A stretch of DNA of 64,000 nt, taken from NCBI GenBank assembly GCA_963713475.1, contig CAVQLY010000016.1, positions 2,069-66,068 on the forward strand, in the 5' to 3' direction. The stretch is from an uncultured Thermoleophilia bacterium (GTDB lineage: Bacteria > Actinomycetota > Thermoleophilia > UBA2241). Below the pieces are notes generated by a model. It did not search any database, was not told the DNA's origin, and saw only the letters and a program-made list of their open reading frames with translations. A program made the translations under genes and the position numbers. Of the stretch, positions 22,259 through 32,315 are shown piece after piece (positions within the stretch are counted from its first letter, which is position 1; every line of letters begins with the position of its first letter).

Positions 22259-23905
22259 TCAGGCGGAGGCCGGCTTGCCCTTCTTGGACTGATCGATGAG
22301 CTCCTTGGCCTTGAGCGCCAGCCAGAACTCCATGCGGTCCTGCGACTGGTTGAGGTCGCGGCCGGTGATCTCCTCGACGCGCTTCATGCGGTACCGCAGC
22401 GTGTGGCGGTGTACGTACAGCTTCTCGGCGGCGTCGCCCCAGTGGCCGTTGGCCTCGAGGAAGCAGGCCAGGCTCTTGACCAGGTCGCTCGAGTTCTGCT
22501 CGTCGTAGTCCTGGAGCTTGCCGAGGACGCTGTCGTAGAAGACCTCCAGCGACAGCGTGTCCTGCAGGCCCAGCAGCAGCCCGTAGGAGCCGAGGTCGTC
22601 GAAGCTGGCGATGACCCTCGGCTCTCCCTTGAGCTTGCGGATCTTGATGGCGTAGCTCGCCTCGTAGTAGCTCTGGCGAAGGTCGATGAGCTTCCGGTGC
22701 GGCCGGCCGATGCCGATGGACACGGAGATCTCGGGCAGCATCTCGGTGATCACGGTCTGGAGCTCCCCGGCAAGTCGGATGATCTCTCTGGCGTCGACCT
22801 TGCCCGGTTGAACCAGGATGACGACGGAGTCGCTGCGCGACGCGCTGATGCACAGCACGTCGCGCCTGGCCATGAACTCGTCGACGGTCCAGTGCAGGCG
22901 CTCCTTGACGTCCGCGGCGGCGGCGTCGGTGCGCTCCGCCGCTTCGTCCTCCTGCGCGTCGATGTCGACGAGCACGATGAGGTGGGGCGACTGCGGCTCG
23001 AGCCCGAAGAAGGCGAGCCGCCGGGCGATCTCCTCTTCGTAGAGGTCGCTGGCGATGAGCTCGTCGAAGAAGTCGCCGGCGAGGCGCTTCTCGGTCTCGG
23101 CCACGGCCTTCTTCTTGACCAGTTCGAGCGCCGTCACGGTGACGACGTTGTGGAGGATGATGCGGTCGTACTCGCTGAAGTCGCCGCTGTCCTTGACGAC
23201 GGCGAGGAACGCGCCGATGCGGTGCGACGCGACCACCGGGTAGACCTGCACGCCCGAGCCCACGCCCTCCATGCTGAGGGCGAAGTTCTGGCGGTCGGCG
23301 CGGCGGTCGCCGATCATGCGCCAGAGGTCGGCGATGAGCTCGGCGCCCAGGTGGCGGCGGTACGCCGCCTCGCAGAGCACCACGCCGTGGAAGTCGAAGA
23401 GCACGGCCGAGCAGCCGACGAGGGCCGAGAGCGTGGAGAGGATCGCCTCGAGGCCCTTCTCCTCCAGCACGATCTTGGTGAGCTTCTCGTGGACGGCGAG
23501 GCTGCGCTGCAGCAGCGAGTACTGCTCGTTGACGATCTTGGAGGCGACGGCCTCGGTGATCGCGAGGAACGGTACGTGGTACGGGACCTCGAACAGCGGG
23601 AAGCCGTACTCCTCGGCGACGGCGACGATCGCCGGCGGGACCTTGTCGAAGCTGAAGCCGGTGCCGAAGCCGAGTCCGGAGATGTTGTGGTCGATGAGGC
23701 GCTTGATCTGCGCGACCTGCTGCTCCTCGCTGCCGACGAAGCTGTAGCCGGTGGTGAGCAGCAGTTCACCGCCCTTGAGCCACTTGGTGGGGTCGGGGAC
23801 TTCGGTGATGTGGACCCACCGTACCGGGTTGCTCGTGGACTTGTGCCCGGCCAGCAGGCGCAGGTTGAGCTCGGGGATCTCAAGGATGTCCTGTACGGTG
23901 ATCAT
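22259..23905 (-). CDS. PucR-family transcriptional regulator
   Basis: 548 aa. The N-terminal purine-catabolism-regulator-like domain reads MITVQDILEIPELNLRLLAG...WVHITEV.DPTKWLKGGELLLTTGY. The C-terminal HTH reads LYVHRHTLRYRMKRVEEITG. Confidence 0.85.
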   Translation of the reverse strand: MITVQDILEIPELNLRLLAGHKSTSNPVRWVHITEVPDPTKWLKGGELLLTTGYSFVGSEEQQVAQIKRLIDHNISGLGFGTGFSFDKVPPAIVAVAEEYGFPLFEVPYHVPFLAITEAVASKIVNEQYSLLQRSLAVHEKLTKIVLEEKGLEAILSTLSALVGCSAVLFDFHGVVLCEAAYRRHLGAELIADLWRMIGDRRADRQNFALSMEGVGSGVQVYPVVASHRIGAFLAVVKDSGDFSEYDRIILHNVVTVTALELVKKKAVAETEKRLAGDFFDELIASDLYEEEIARRLAFFGLEPQSPHLIVLVDIDAQEDEAAERTDAAAADVKERLHWTVDEFMARRDVLCISASRSDSVVILVQPGKVDAREIIRLAGELQTVITEMLPEISVSIGIGRPHRKLIDLRQSYYEASYAIKIRKLKGEPRVIASFDDLGSYGLLLGLQDTLSLEVFYDSVLGKLQDYDEQNSSDLVKSLACFLEANGHWGDAAEKLYVHRHTLRYRMKRVEEITGRDLNQSQDRMEFWLALKAKELIDQSKKGKPASA

Positions 23906-23986
23906 CGCCGGGATTCTACACGATGTCCTAGTACAGCGCGAGGGTGTCGAACGTCAGGATGTGTGCAGGTTTGTACGTTCTGGCAG

Positions 23987-25636
23987 TCAGCGGCGGCGCA
24001 GCACCCGTCCCGGGAGCGCGCCGGTGTGCACGCCCTCCTCGAGGACCGGCTCGCCGTTCACGAGCACCCAGTCGATGCCCTCCGGCGCGGCGTGCGGGAT
24101 GTTCTCGAAGGGGAACGCGTGCGGATAGAGGTTCGTCGCCCGGTCGCGCACGCGGTCCAGGTCGAACACCACGAGGTCCGCCCGCAGACCCGGCCGCAGG
24201 ACGCCACGGTCGAAGAGACGGAAGCGCTGCGCCGGGAACGAGGTCATCTTGCGGATGGCCTCCTCGAGGCGCAGCACGGGCTCCTCGCGCACGTAGCGCT
24301 CGAGCACGCCCGGGTACTCCCCGTAGCTGCACGGCCAGTACAGCGACGGGTCGTCGAGCTCTTCCGGCGGCGCCATCACGAGCCCGTCGGACGAGATCAT
24401 CGCGATCGGGCTCTGCAGCAGGGCGCGGATGTTCTTCTCCTCGATGTAGTCGAAGAGGCCGATGAGGTCGTCGTCCTCCTCGACGATGAGGTCGAGGAAG
24501 GTGTCGAAGCCGTCGGCGCCGCGCTCGGCGGCGATGTCGGCGACGGAGCGGCCGCGCAGCTCCGGGTGGCGGCCGGCGTGGTACACGACCACCCGGTCGA
24601 AGCGGCCGTGCCGGACCACACCGGCGTAGCCGGCGCCCGGGAGCGAGTCCTCCATCACCTCGCGACGCAGCGCGGCGCGGGCGCCGGGGTCCGAGAGCAG
24701 CGCGATGAGCGCATCGTGGTCCAGATCGAGCACGGGCTGCGGCAGCGCCCGGGAGAAGCGCGGCGCAAGGTCGGTGTGGACGTCGTTGTCGGTGGTGGCG
24801 TCGAGGCCGCCGCGCCGGGCATCCTCGATGAGGCCGAGGTTGGCCGACGCGTCCTCGGGGGCGCCCCACTTGGGCGCGTTGTGCGAGACCTCCACAGGGC
24901 AGCCGGCGGCGCGCCCGAGCTCGAGCGCCTCCGCCACCGCGGCGAGGATGGTCTCCCGCTCGCCGCGCACGTGGCTCGTGTAGATGCCCTGATGGCGCGC
25001 CACGACCTTGCACAGGTTCAGGAGCTCATCGGTGCCCGCGAAGCAGCCCGGCGGGTAGACGAGCCCGCTGGACATCCCGTGCGCGCCCGCGCGCAGGGAG
25101 GCGTCCAGGAGCCGCTCCATGCGCGCCAGCTCGCGCGCGGTGACGGCTCGCTCGGCGAAGCCGACGACGGCGAGCCGCAGCGCGCCGTGTCCGACGAGCG
25201 GCGCGATGTTGATCGCGTGGCCGCCGCGGCGCACCGCGTCGAGGTACTGGCGGAAGGTGCGCCAGTCCCAGGCCACGGCGTCCAGCCCCCAGGCGTAGTG
25301 CGCCCAGTTCTGGACGGCGTCGTCCCGGTGCGCGGCCGTCAGCGGCGCCGCCGACATCCCGCAGTTGCCGGTGACGTGCGTCGTGACGCCCTGGCGTATC
25401 GCGGTCTCCGCGCGGGGATGCAGCAGGATCGTCAGATCCGAGTGCGTGTGCGGGTCGATGAAGCCCGGGGTGACGTAGCGATCGGCGGCGTCGATGACGC
25501 GCCGGCCGCGCAGCGTGCCCGGCGCCCCGATGGCCGCGACCCGGTCGCCGCGCACGGCGACATCCCCGCGGTACCAGGGGTTGCCGCAGCCGTCGACGAT
25601 GCGGCCGCCGGCGATCACCAGGTCGTGCTGGATCAC
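23987..25636 (-). CDS. D-aminoacylase-type (N-acyl-D-amino-acid deacylase family) amidohydrolase
   Basis: GTG 25634-25636 overlaps the upstream stop (GTGA). The protein shows DLVIAGGRIVDGCGNPWYRGDVAVRGDRVAAIG...TPGFIDPHTHSD plus later metal-ligand-like H/D positions. Confidence 0.8.
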   Translation of the reverse strand: MIQHDLVIAGGRIVDGCGNPWYRGDVAVRGDRVAAIGAPGTLRGRRVIDAADRYVTPGFIDPHTHSDLTILLHPRAETAIRQGVTTHVTGNCGMSAAPLTAAHRDDAVQNWAHYAWGLDAVAWDWRTFRQYLDAVRRGGHAINIAPLVGHGALRLAVVGFAERAVTARELARMERLLDASLRAGAHGMSSGLVYPPGCFAGTDELLNLCKVVARHQGIYTSHVRGERETILAAVAEALELGRAAGCPVEVSHNAPKWGAPEDASANLGLIEDARRGGLDATTDNDVHTDLAPRFSRALPQPVLDLDHDALIALLSDPGARAALRREVMEDSLPGAGYAGVVRHGRFDRVVVYHAGRHPELRGRSVADIAAERGADGFDTFLDLIVEEDDDLIGLFDYIEEKNIRALLQSPIAMISSDGLVMAPPEELDDPSLYWPCSYGEYPGVLERYVREEPVLRLEEAIRKMTSFPAQRFRLFDRGVLRPGLRADLVVFDLDRVRDRATNLYPHAFPFENIPHAAPEGIDWVLVNGEPVLEEGVHTGALPGRVLRRR

Positions 25637-26739
25637 GCCTCCCCCATCTCGAACACCTGGTACTTGTTCTCGCACGGCGGGCCGGCGCAGGCGTAGAGCC
25701 GGCGCTGGTCCAGGTCGCAGATCATGCTCCCGACGGTCATGCCCTGGTCCGCCGGCGCCTCGTCCGGCTCCGGGTGGCCGCAGATGCAGTCGTCCAGCGA
25801 CGGCACGTGCGTGCGCAGGACCCGGGCCACGAGGTCCACCGGGTCCTCGCCGGCGGCGATGCCTTCCGCGAGAAGCCGTTCCGCGGTCGAGAGCCTGACG
25901 CTGGACTCCCCGCCGCCGTAGCCCTCGTACGGCTGCATCGCCGGCGAGACGTAATGGTTGGAGTGCGCCATGAGCCCCGCCCCGGTGTGGTCCATGAGAG
26001 CGTGCGCCGTGGCGGACGTCTCGAGGTCCCAGAGGCGGCCGCCGGTGTCGGCGAAGAACTGGTTGGTGCCGCGTGCGCGGGCGGCCAGCAGCCCCCGGTC
26101 CCGCGCCTCCTCCAGCGTCCGCGCCTCGAGCGTCGACCGGCGCACGAACACGTTAGGGACGCCGATGCGGTTGTCGTTGGAGTGCACCGAGTTGCTCACG
26201 TTGCCGATGCCGTGGTTGTTCATGCCCAGCATGAGCAAGTATGGCGCTCCGGCGAGGCCCATGATGCGGGTCCCGTCCGGGCCGGTGAGGTCGAAGAGGA
26301 CGTTGTTGACCGCATCGATGACGTACCAGTCCATGTTGTGCCCCACGATGTGGCGCCCGCCGGCGACGACGGCGACGGCGGTGCAGTGGTCGCCGGACCG
26401 GGGCGAGCCGGGCGGAGGCGGCACGGCAGGCTGCTCCTTCGCAGTGAACTCCTCGCCGCAGTTGAGGACGAGCAGGCGTTGGAACGGGACCTGCGCGCCT
26501 TCGGCCAGGCCCTCGAGCTCCTCCACGTAGTGGGGAAGCCAGCGACGCGCCTGCTCGGCATAGGCGCCAGCCTGGAGCTCCGCCTCGTCGAATGTGAGGC
26601 GGCCGGCCGTCATGGACGTGAAGTTCTCACGGAAGAAGTCGACCGAGGCCTGCACCTGCTCGCGAGCCGCCTCTCCGACGGCGCGACCGAGCTCGCGGTG
26701 CGAGCCTTTGGCCTGGACGTGGACGAACGGGATGGCCAT
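25633..26739 (-). CDS. C45-family Ntn acyltransferase/hydrolase (acyl-CoA:6-APA acyltransferase-like)
   Basis: 368 aa, MAIPFVHVQAKGSHRELGRAVGEA..., with a putative self-processing site GDH/CTAVAV and HNMDW...MLGMNNHGIG. Confidence 0.7.
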   Translation of the reverse strand: MAIPFVHVQAKGSHRELGRAVGEAAREQVQASVDFFRENFTSMTAGRLTFDEAELQAGAYAEQARRWLPHYVEELEGLAEGAQVPFQRLLVLNCGEEFTAKEQPAVPPPPGSPRSGDHCTAVAVVAGGRHIVGHNMDWYVIDAVNNVLFDLTGPDGTRIMGLAGAPYLLMLGMNNHGIGNVSNSVHSNDNRIGVPNVFVRRSTLEARTLEEARDRGLLAARARGTNQFFADTGGRLWDLETSATAHALMDHTGAGLMAHSNHYVSPAMQPYEGYGGGESSVRLSTAERLLAEGIAAGEDPVDLVARVLRTHVPSLDDCICGHPEPDEAPADQGMTVGSMICDLDQRRLYACAGPPCENKYQVFEMGEA

Positions 26740-26748
26740 GACGTCAGT

Positions 26749-28224
26749 CTACAGCCCGAGCACGTGGCGCGGGTCGGGATGGCCGGATACGCCGAGTTCC
26801 GCGGCGCAGCGCCCGATGAGCGCGACGAGCTCGCCCAGGACGTCGTCGGGAAGGCCGACGGGATCGCGGTCGGCGAGGTCCGCGGCCTTGTCCGAGGCGA
26901 GGTCGACGAGCCCCGCACGCCCCGAGGCGAGCCAGTCGCCGAGCCCGCCGCGATAGCTCAGGAGCGGGCTGACGAACTCGCCGCGGATGTAGCGCCGCGT
27001 GTGCTTGGTGCCGAGGAACCCGCGCCCGGAGAGCACGCCGTCGACCATCGCGTCGATGTCGAGTGCGCCCTCATCCCACGGTCGAGGCGTGAGCGCGTAG
27101 CGGACGTTGTTGAGCACCTCGTCGTCGATGACCAGGACCTCGAGGCAGCTGGCCACACCGGCCTGGATCTCGCCGATGCCGGAGAGCAGGCGCGGCTTGG
27201 GCGCCAGGCCCAGCAGCGCGTTGACGGCGCGCTCGTAGCCGAACTGCGCGTCGACGACCTTGCTGTCGCTGCACGGGCCGTAGCAGTCACAGGCGAGGCC
27301 GCAGCGACGTGCGAGCAGCACCGCCGCCGCGGAGGCGACGCCGGTCTCCGGAGTGCCGCTCACGACGACACCGCTGCGCGGGTCGACGGCGCTGAGGCGC
27401 GGCCCGTAGTAGACCGGCGTGCCGGGCGCGGCCGCCTGCGTGAGCACGACGCCGGCGAGCACCTCGGCGTGCTGCTGCGCGAGCGCCGCCGAGAGAGCGC
27501 CGGGCGCCGTGGTGGCCGCAGCCGGACACGGCAGGATCTCCACGGCCACGCCACCGCGACGGACCTGCTCCACCAGCGCGTCCGTGACGTCGCCGCCGAG
27601 GATGAGAGGGCTCACCGGCGAGAACGCGAGGTCGATCGGATACACGCCGTCCGCCCCGTCGGCGCCGGTGACGGCCAGCGCCATCTCCTGCAGGTATCGA
27701 GCCTGGAACGGATGCGAGATGCCGGGGCCGCCGATGGCCTTGTCGGTCTCGAAGGCGAGGATCAGGTACGAGTAGAGCGGCTCGAGCAGGTCGGGGACGT
27801 CCTCCGGCTGCCAGAGCGACGTGACCTGCTGCTGGTGCACGAGGTTGTGCATGACGCGGGTCGCCAGGACCTGGTCGCGCAGCGTCGCCCGGCGGAGTGC
27901 GCCGGTGCGCGGATCGGCCACGTCCGCGGCGCCGCCCAGGTTGTGCACGTAGGTAACGCCGGGGTCCGGGTCCATGGAGAGCGAGCGCTCCGGGTCGCGC
28001 GCGGCGAGCACGTACTCGCGCGGGCAGGCGGCCAGCGCCTCCTCCACAGCCCGGCGCGGGACCGCCAGGCGGTCCTCACCGACCGGGCTGCAGCCGGCCG
28101 CGAGCAGAAGTTCCCGCGCGGCCTGCGACTCCACGCGCACGCCCGCCCGTTCCAGGAGGGCGAGTGCGGCCAGGTGCATCGCCTCGATCGCTTCGTCGGG
28201 CCAGACGGCGGCGGGCTCGGTCAT
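26749..28224 (-). CDS. MttB-superfamily methyltransferase (non-pyrrolysine)
   Basis: 491 aa with no in-frame stop. The N-terminus reads ...AIEAMHLAALALLERAGVRVESQAARELLLAAGC. The overall length and pattern fit trimethylamine methyltransferase family members such as the betaine methyltransferases. Confidence 0.75.
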   Translation of the reverse strand: MTEPAAVWPDEAIEAMHLAALALLERAGVRVESQAARELLLAAGCSPVGEDRLAVPRRAVEEALAACPREYVLAARDPERSLSMDPDPGVTYVHNLGGAADVADPRTGALRRATLRDQVLATRVMHNLVHQQQVTSLWQPEDVPDLLEPLYSYLILAFETDKAIGGPGISHPFQARYLQEMALAVTGADGADGVYPIDLAFSPVSPLILGGDVTDALVEQVRRGGVAVEILPCPAAATTAPGALSAALAQQHAEVLAGVVLTQAAAPGTPVYYGPRLSAVDPRSGVVVSGTPETGVASAAAVLLARRCGLACDCYGPCSDSKVVDAQFGYERAVNALLGLAPKPRLLSGIGEIQAGVASCLEVLVIDDEVLNNVRYALTPRPWDEGALDIDAMVDGVLSGRGFLGTKHTRRYIRGEFVSPLLSYRGGLGDWLASGRAGLVDLASDKAADLADRDPVGLPDDVLGELVALIGRCAAELGVSGHPDPRHVLGL

Positions 28225-28264
28225 GCGGCGTCATCCTCTCGTGTAGGTCGTGCGTTGAGCTTCA

Positions 28265-30127
28265 TCATGCGTCCTCCGGCGTCGTCCGGCGCCGGCGAAG
28301 GACCGCAAAGACCAGCGCGCCGGCGGCGACCGCCGTGATGACCAGCGCCCACACCCACCCCCTGGATGCCTCCGGCGCGGGCGCCGGCGCCCGCAGCGGC
28401 CGCAGGGCGATGTAGGTCGCGCGCAGCTGGTTCCGGAAGGGGGCGCCGTCTCCGGCGGGCGCCAGGGCGTAGCCGGTCCAGCGGTCGGTCCGGTACGCCT
28501 GCAGGTTCACGTTGTACCAGAGGACCACATACGGGTCGTCACGGTACAGGATCTTCTGCAGCGAGTCGGTGTAGGCCTTGCGCTGGGTGATGTCCTCGGG
28601 GTGAGCGGGATCGAGCGCCTCCGCCTGCCTGACGAAGAGGCGGTCGTAGTCCTTGTTCGAGTACTGGCTGTCGCTCCATCCCATGATCTGCGAGGTGGTG
28701 AACGTGCTCAGGATGAACCCCGGGTCGATGTCGCCGCCCCAGCTCCAGACGAAGAGGTCGTAGTCGGCGTCGTCGAAGATGGCGTCGCTGAAGGCCTGCT
28801 CGTCCATGCGCTCGAGTCGCAGGCGGATGCCGACGTCGCGGCACCAGCCGACGATCATGCGCGCCGCCACCTGGTCCTCCGGATACCCGTCGAGGGCGAC
28901 CAGGCGGAACGAGAGCTCCGCGCCGGCGGCGTCCTCGCGCACGCCGTCCCCGTCCTGATCGGAGTACCCGGCGTCCTCGAGGATCCGCTTGGCGCGCTGG
29001 GGGTCGTAGCGGTACTGCGCGGCCTCCGGAACCTCCCAGCGCCAGTCCGCCTGCGCCGGTGAGAGCAGGGATGTGGCGGGCTCCGCCAGCCCGGCCATGG
29101 CCGTCGCCGCGATCTGGCGCGCGTCGATGGCCCAGTGGACGGCGCGACGGATGGACGGGTCGCGCAGCAGCGGGTTCCCCTGGCTGCGCGGGCTCTCCCA
29201 GCAGTTGAAGCCGAGCTCGTGGAAGCCGATCGCAGGGGAAGCCACCGTGTCGGTGCCCGACATCCCGGCGTAGAGTCGCTCGTAGGTCGCCGGGAAGTCG
29301 ACCACGGCGTCGAGCGTGCCCGATCGGTACGCGCCGGCGAGAGCGTCCGCGCTCTCGCCGGCGGCGAAGGTGACGGACCCGAGGTGTGGGGCGCCGCCGA
29401 GCTCGGACGGGTATGCAGGGTTGGCCTCGAGCCGGACGCTCCGGCCCTGCCCGAGGCTCACCACGCGGAAGGGCCCCGAGCCGACGAAGGGCAGGTTCTC
29501 GTACTCGCCCAGGTGGTCGGGATCGACCTTCGCCCAGACGTGCTCCGGCAGGATCGGGATGGCGAGGGCCAGCATCCCGGTGTTCGGCCGCCGGGTCGTG
29601 ATCACCAGCGTCGCGTCGTCCGTGGCGGTGACGTCCGTGACACCGGTGAGGTACTGGATGTACGCCGGCTGGCGGGTCTGGAGGATCAGGTCGTAAGTGA
29701 AGGCGACGTCGCGGGCGGTGAGCGGGACGCCGTCCTGCCACTCCATGCCCTCCCTGATGTGGAACGTCCAGGTCAGGCCGTCCTCGGAGGTCTCCCAGCT
29801 CGTGGCGAGGTCGGGCGCGGGCCGGTAGTCGGCGTCATACCAGGTGAGGAAGTCGTAGCCGAGGCGGAAGCACTCCCAGGAGACGGAGCTCCAGGAGCTG
29901 AACGGGTTCACGCCGTCACACTCCTGCGAGATCCCGATCCGGTACGCGAGCGCTTCGGCGGACGCAGCCGGGGACGGAGATGGTGACGCCGCCGCGAGGC
30001 CGGCGCCGGCCAGCAGCGCCACGGCGACCAGCGCCAGCAGCGCGAGAGCCGGCGCGGCGGCGCGCGGCGCGCGCGGGACCCGCGCCGCCTCACCGTCGCT
30101 GTGTCTGATGTACTGGTTTCTCCGCAT
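28265..30127 (-). CDS. ABC transporter substrate-binding protein, family 5 (peptide/nickel type), with C-terminal TM anchor
   Basis: Start is ATG 30125-30127 (MRRNQYIRH...), followed by the signal-like ALALLALVAVALLAGAGLAAA. SBP_bac_5 motifs are present (WTFHIREGMEWQDGVPLTARDV, VGSGPF). The C-terminus is WVWALVITAVAAGALVFAVLRRRR. Confidence 0.85.
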   Translation of the reverse strand: MRRNQYIRHSDGEAARVPRAPRAAAPALALLALVAVALLAGAGLAAASPSPSPAASAEALAYRIGISQECDGVNPFSSWSSVSWECFRLGYDFLTWYDADYRPAPDLATSWETSEDGLTWTFHIREGMEWQDGVPLTARDVAFTYDLILQTRQPAYIQYLTGVTDVTATDDATLVITTRRPNTGMLALAIPILPEHVWAKVDPDHLGEYENLPFVGSGPFRVVSLGQGRSVRLEANPAYPSELGGAPHLGSVTFAAGESADALAGAYRSGTLDAVVDFPATYERLYAGMSGTDTVASPAIGFHELGFNCWESPRSQGNPLLRDPSIRRAVHWAIDARQIAATAMAGLAEPATSLLSPAQADWRWEVPEAAQYRYDPQRAKRILEDAGYSDQDGDGVREDAAGAELSFRLVALDGYPEDQVAARMIVGWCRDVGIRLRLERMDEQAFSDAIFDDADYDLFVWSWGGDIDPGFILSTFTTSQIMGWSDSQYSNKDYDRLFVRQAEALDPAHPEDITQRKAYTDSLQKILYRDDPYVVLWYNVNLQAYRTDRWTGYALAPAGDGAPFRNQLRATYIALRPLRAPAPAPEASRGWVWALVITAVAAGALVFAVLRRRRTTPEDA

Positions 30128-30192
30128 GCTCGAACGCGGGCCGGCCGGGGCGGTGTGCGCCTCGCGGCACCGCCCCGGCCGGCCCTCCTCCG

Positions 30193-31236
30193 CTACTTGA
30201 TCCTGATACAGGCGGCGTAGTGGTCGCCGCCGATGTGGACGTCCTCCGGGTCGATCTCGCTGCAGGCGTCGATCGCCTCCGGGCAGCGCGGGTGGAAGCG
30301 GCAGCCGGAGGGGATGTCGACCGGGTTCGGGGTCTCCCCCTTGAGGATGACGTGCTCGCGCTTGGCCAGCGGGTCCGGCACCGGGATGACGCTGATCAGC
30401 GCCTTGGTGTACGGGTGCTTGGGGTTGGCCACGACCTCCTCGGTCTCGCCGATCTCGACGATACGGCCGAGGTACATGACGGCGATCCTGTCGCTGATGA
30501 CCCACGCGAGCGAGAGGTCGTGGGTGATGAAGATGTAGGTGACCCCGAGCTTCTCCTTCTCCTCGACCATCAGCTTGAGGATGTCGTTGCGGATGGAGAC
30601 GTCGAGGGAGGCGACCGGCTCGTCGGCGACGATCACGTCGGGGTCGAGCACGGTGGCGCCGGCGATGCAGACGCGCTGCCGCTGCCCGCCGGAGAGCTCG
30701 TGCGGGTAGCGGTAGAGGTACTCGGTCGCCGGCCGCAGGCCGGCCTCCGAGATCGCGGTGATGACCCGTTCTTCCTTCTCACGCTCGCTCGAGCAGACGC
30801 TGTTGACCTCGAGCGGCTCGGCGACGATGTCGAAGATCGTCTGCTTGGGATTGATCGAGTTGTAGGGGTCCTGGAAGATGATCTGCGCCTTCTTGCGGTA
30901 CTCGCGCAGCTCCTTGCCGCTGAACTTCTGGACCGGCTTGCCCTTGTAGATGATCTCGCCGCCGGTCGCGTCCTCCAGGCGAAGCAGGGTGCGGCCGGTC
31001 GTCGTCTTGCCGCACCCGGACTCTCCGACCAGGGCGAGGATCTCGCCCTTCTTGATCTGGAACGTGATGTGGTCGACCGCCTTCACGTACTTCTTCTCGG
31101 TGGCGACCATGCTCTTGAAGAAGCCCTGCTGGATCGGGAAGTAGACCTCGAGGTCCTTGATGTCGAAGAGGACGTCGCCGGTCTCCGGTGCGAGCTTGAG
31201 ATCTGGGCGTTCGGACTGGTCCGTGGCCATCGTCAC
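30193..31236 (-). CDS. oligopeptide/dipeptide ABC transporter ATP-binding protein (OppF/DppF-like)
   Basis: It has Walker A GESGCGKTT, signature LSGGQRQR, Walker B VIVADEPV and a C-terminal Cys-containing Opp extension. The GTG start overlaps the upstream stop. Confidence 0.9.
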   Translation of the reverse strand: MTMATDQSERPDLKLAPETGDVLFDIKDLEVYFPIQQGFFKSMVATEKKYVKAVDHITFQIKKGEILALVGESGCGKTTTGRTLLRLEDATGGEIIYKGKPVQKFSGKELREYRKKAQIIFQDPYNSINPKQTIFDIVAEPLEVNSVCSSEREKEERVITAISEAGLRPATEYLYRYPHELSGGQRQRVCIAGATVLDPDVIVADEPVASLDVSIRNDILKLMVEEKEKLGVTYIFITHDLSLAWVISDRIAVMYLGRIVEIGETEEVVANPKHPYTKALISVIPVPDPLAKREHVILKGETPNPVDIPSGCRFHPRCPEAIDACSEIDPEDVHIGGDHYAACIRIK

Positions 31237-32315
31237 ACCCCTTCCTGGTCCGGTGCCGCTTCGTCGACCTCGACGAAGGCGTCGCTACGGAAGCTTCTCG
31301 CGTGGACGCAGCGCACGAAGTGCCCGCGCTCGACCTCGGTGAGGCCCGGGTGCTCCGTCTCGCAGGCCGCGATCTTCTCGTCGCAGCGCGGACAGAAGGC
31401 GCAGCCCGCCGGCGGGTTGATGAGGTTGGGCGGGTCGCCCTTGATGGAGCTCACCATCTCGCGCTTCTCGTGGATGTTCGGGAAGGCCTTGATGAGCTGC
31501 CTCGTGTACGGGTGCGTCGCGTTGTTGAAGATATCGGCGGTGGTGCCGCTCTCGACCACCTCGCCGGCGTACATGACGACGCCCTTGTCGCAGGTCTCGG
31601 CCATCACCGAGAGGTCGTGGCTGATGAGGATGAACGAGAGGTCGAGCTCCTTGCGCAGGCGATGGATGAGCTCGAGGATCTGCGCCTGCACCATGACGTC
31701 GAGCGCCGTAGTGGGCTCGTCGCCGATGACCAGCTTGGGGTTGCAGGCCAGCGACATCGCGATCATGGCGCGCTGGCGCATGCCGCCGGAGAGCTGGTGC
31801 GGGAAGTCCATCACCCGCTTCGGGTTGATGCCGACCAGGTCGTAGAGCTCGCGCACGCGGACCATGGCCGCCTTCTCGCTGAGCCCTTCGTGCAGCTGGA
31901 TCGGCTCGGCGATCTGCTTGCCGGTCTCCTTGACCGGGTTCAGCGCGTTCATCGCCCCCTGGAAGATGATGCTGATCTCCTTCCAGCGGATCCTGCTCAT
32001 GCCGTACTCGGTGCGCTTGGCGAGGTTGCGGCCGTCGAAGAGCACGTCGCCGCTCACGATGCGGCCGTTCTCCGGCAGCAACTTGAGCAGGCTGAGCGCC
32101 GCGGTGGTCTTGCCGCAGCCCGACTCGCCGGCGAGGCCGAGACTCTCGCCACGCTTGAGCACGAAGCTCACGTCCTGGACGGCCTTGACGTCGCCGACGC
32201 CGAGCTTGAAGTAGGTGGTGAGATTGCGGACGTCGAGGAGGCCTTCGTGCTCGATGCGCTCGATGGTCTTCTTGTCGGAGGAGGGCTTCGCTTTGGTCGC
32301 TGACCTGGCCATCAC
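31233..32315 (-). CDS. oligopeptide/dipeptide ABC transporter ATP-binding protein (OppD/DppD-like)
   Basis: It has Walker A GESGCGKTT, signature LSGGMRQR, Walker B LVIGDEPTTALD and the C-terminal PPAGCAFCPRC. Confidence 0.9.
   Translation of the reverse strand: MMARSATKAKPSSDKKTIERIEHEGLLDVRNLTTYFKLGVGDVKAVQDVSFVLKRGESLGLAGESGCGKTTAALSLLKLLPENGRIVSGDVLFDGRNLAKRTEYGMSRIRWKEISIIFQGAMNALNPVKETGKQIAEPIQLHEGLSEKAAMVRVRELYDLVGINPKRVMDFPHQLSGGMRQRAMIAMSLACNPKLVIGDEPTTALDVMVQAQILELIHRLRKELDLSFILISHDLSVMAETCDKGVVMYAGEVVESGTTADIFNNATHPYTRQLIKAFPNIHEKREMVSSIKGDPPNLINPPAGCAFCPRCDEKIAACETEHPGLTEVERGHFVRCVHARSFRSDAFVEVDEAAPDQEGV

Noticed and set aside
26749-28224. A pyrrolysine-encoding (in-frame TAG) MttB.
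   Set aside because: The 491-aa ORF is uninterrupted and the only TAG is the terminal stop, so this is a non-Pyl family member.
28265-30505. The N-terminal 126 aa of the 746-aa track ORF for SBP1. The upstream extensions of track ORFs 32312..34108, 33847..35007, 36256..37329, 39134..40195, 52158..54107 and 19060..20286 are similar.
   Set aside because: The extensions overlap the preceding gene in another frame and have junk composition. Internal starts with RBS-like sequences or ATGA/GTGA coupling give products with canonical N-termini.
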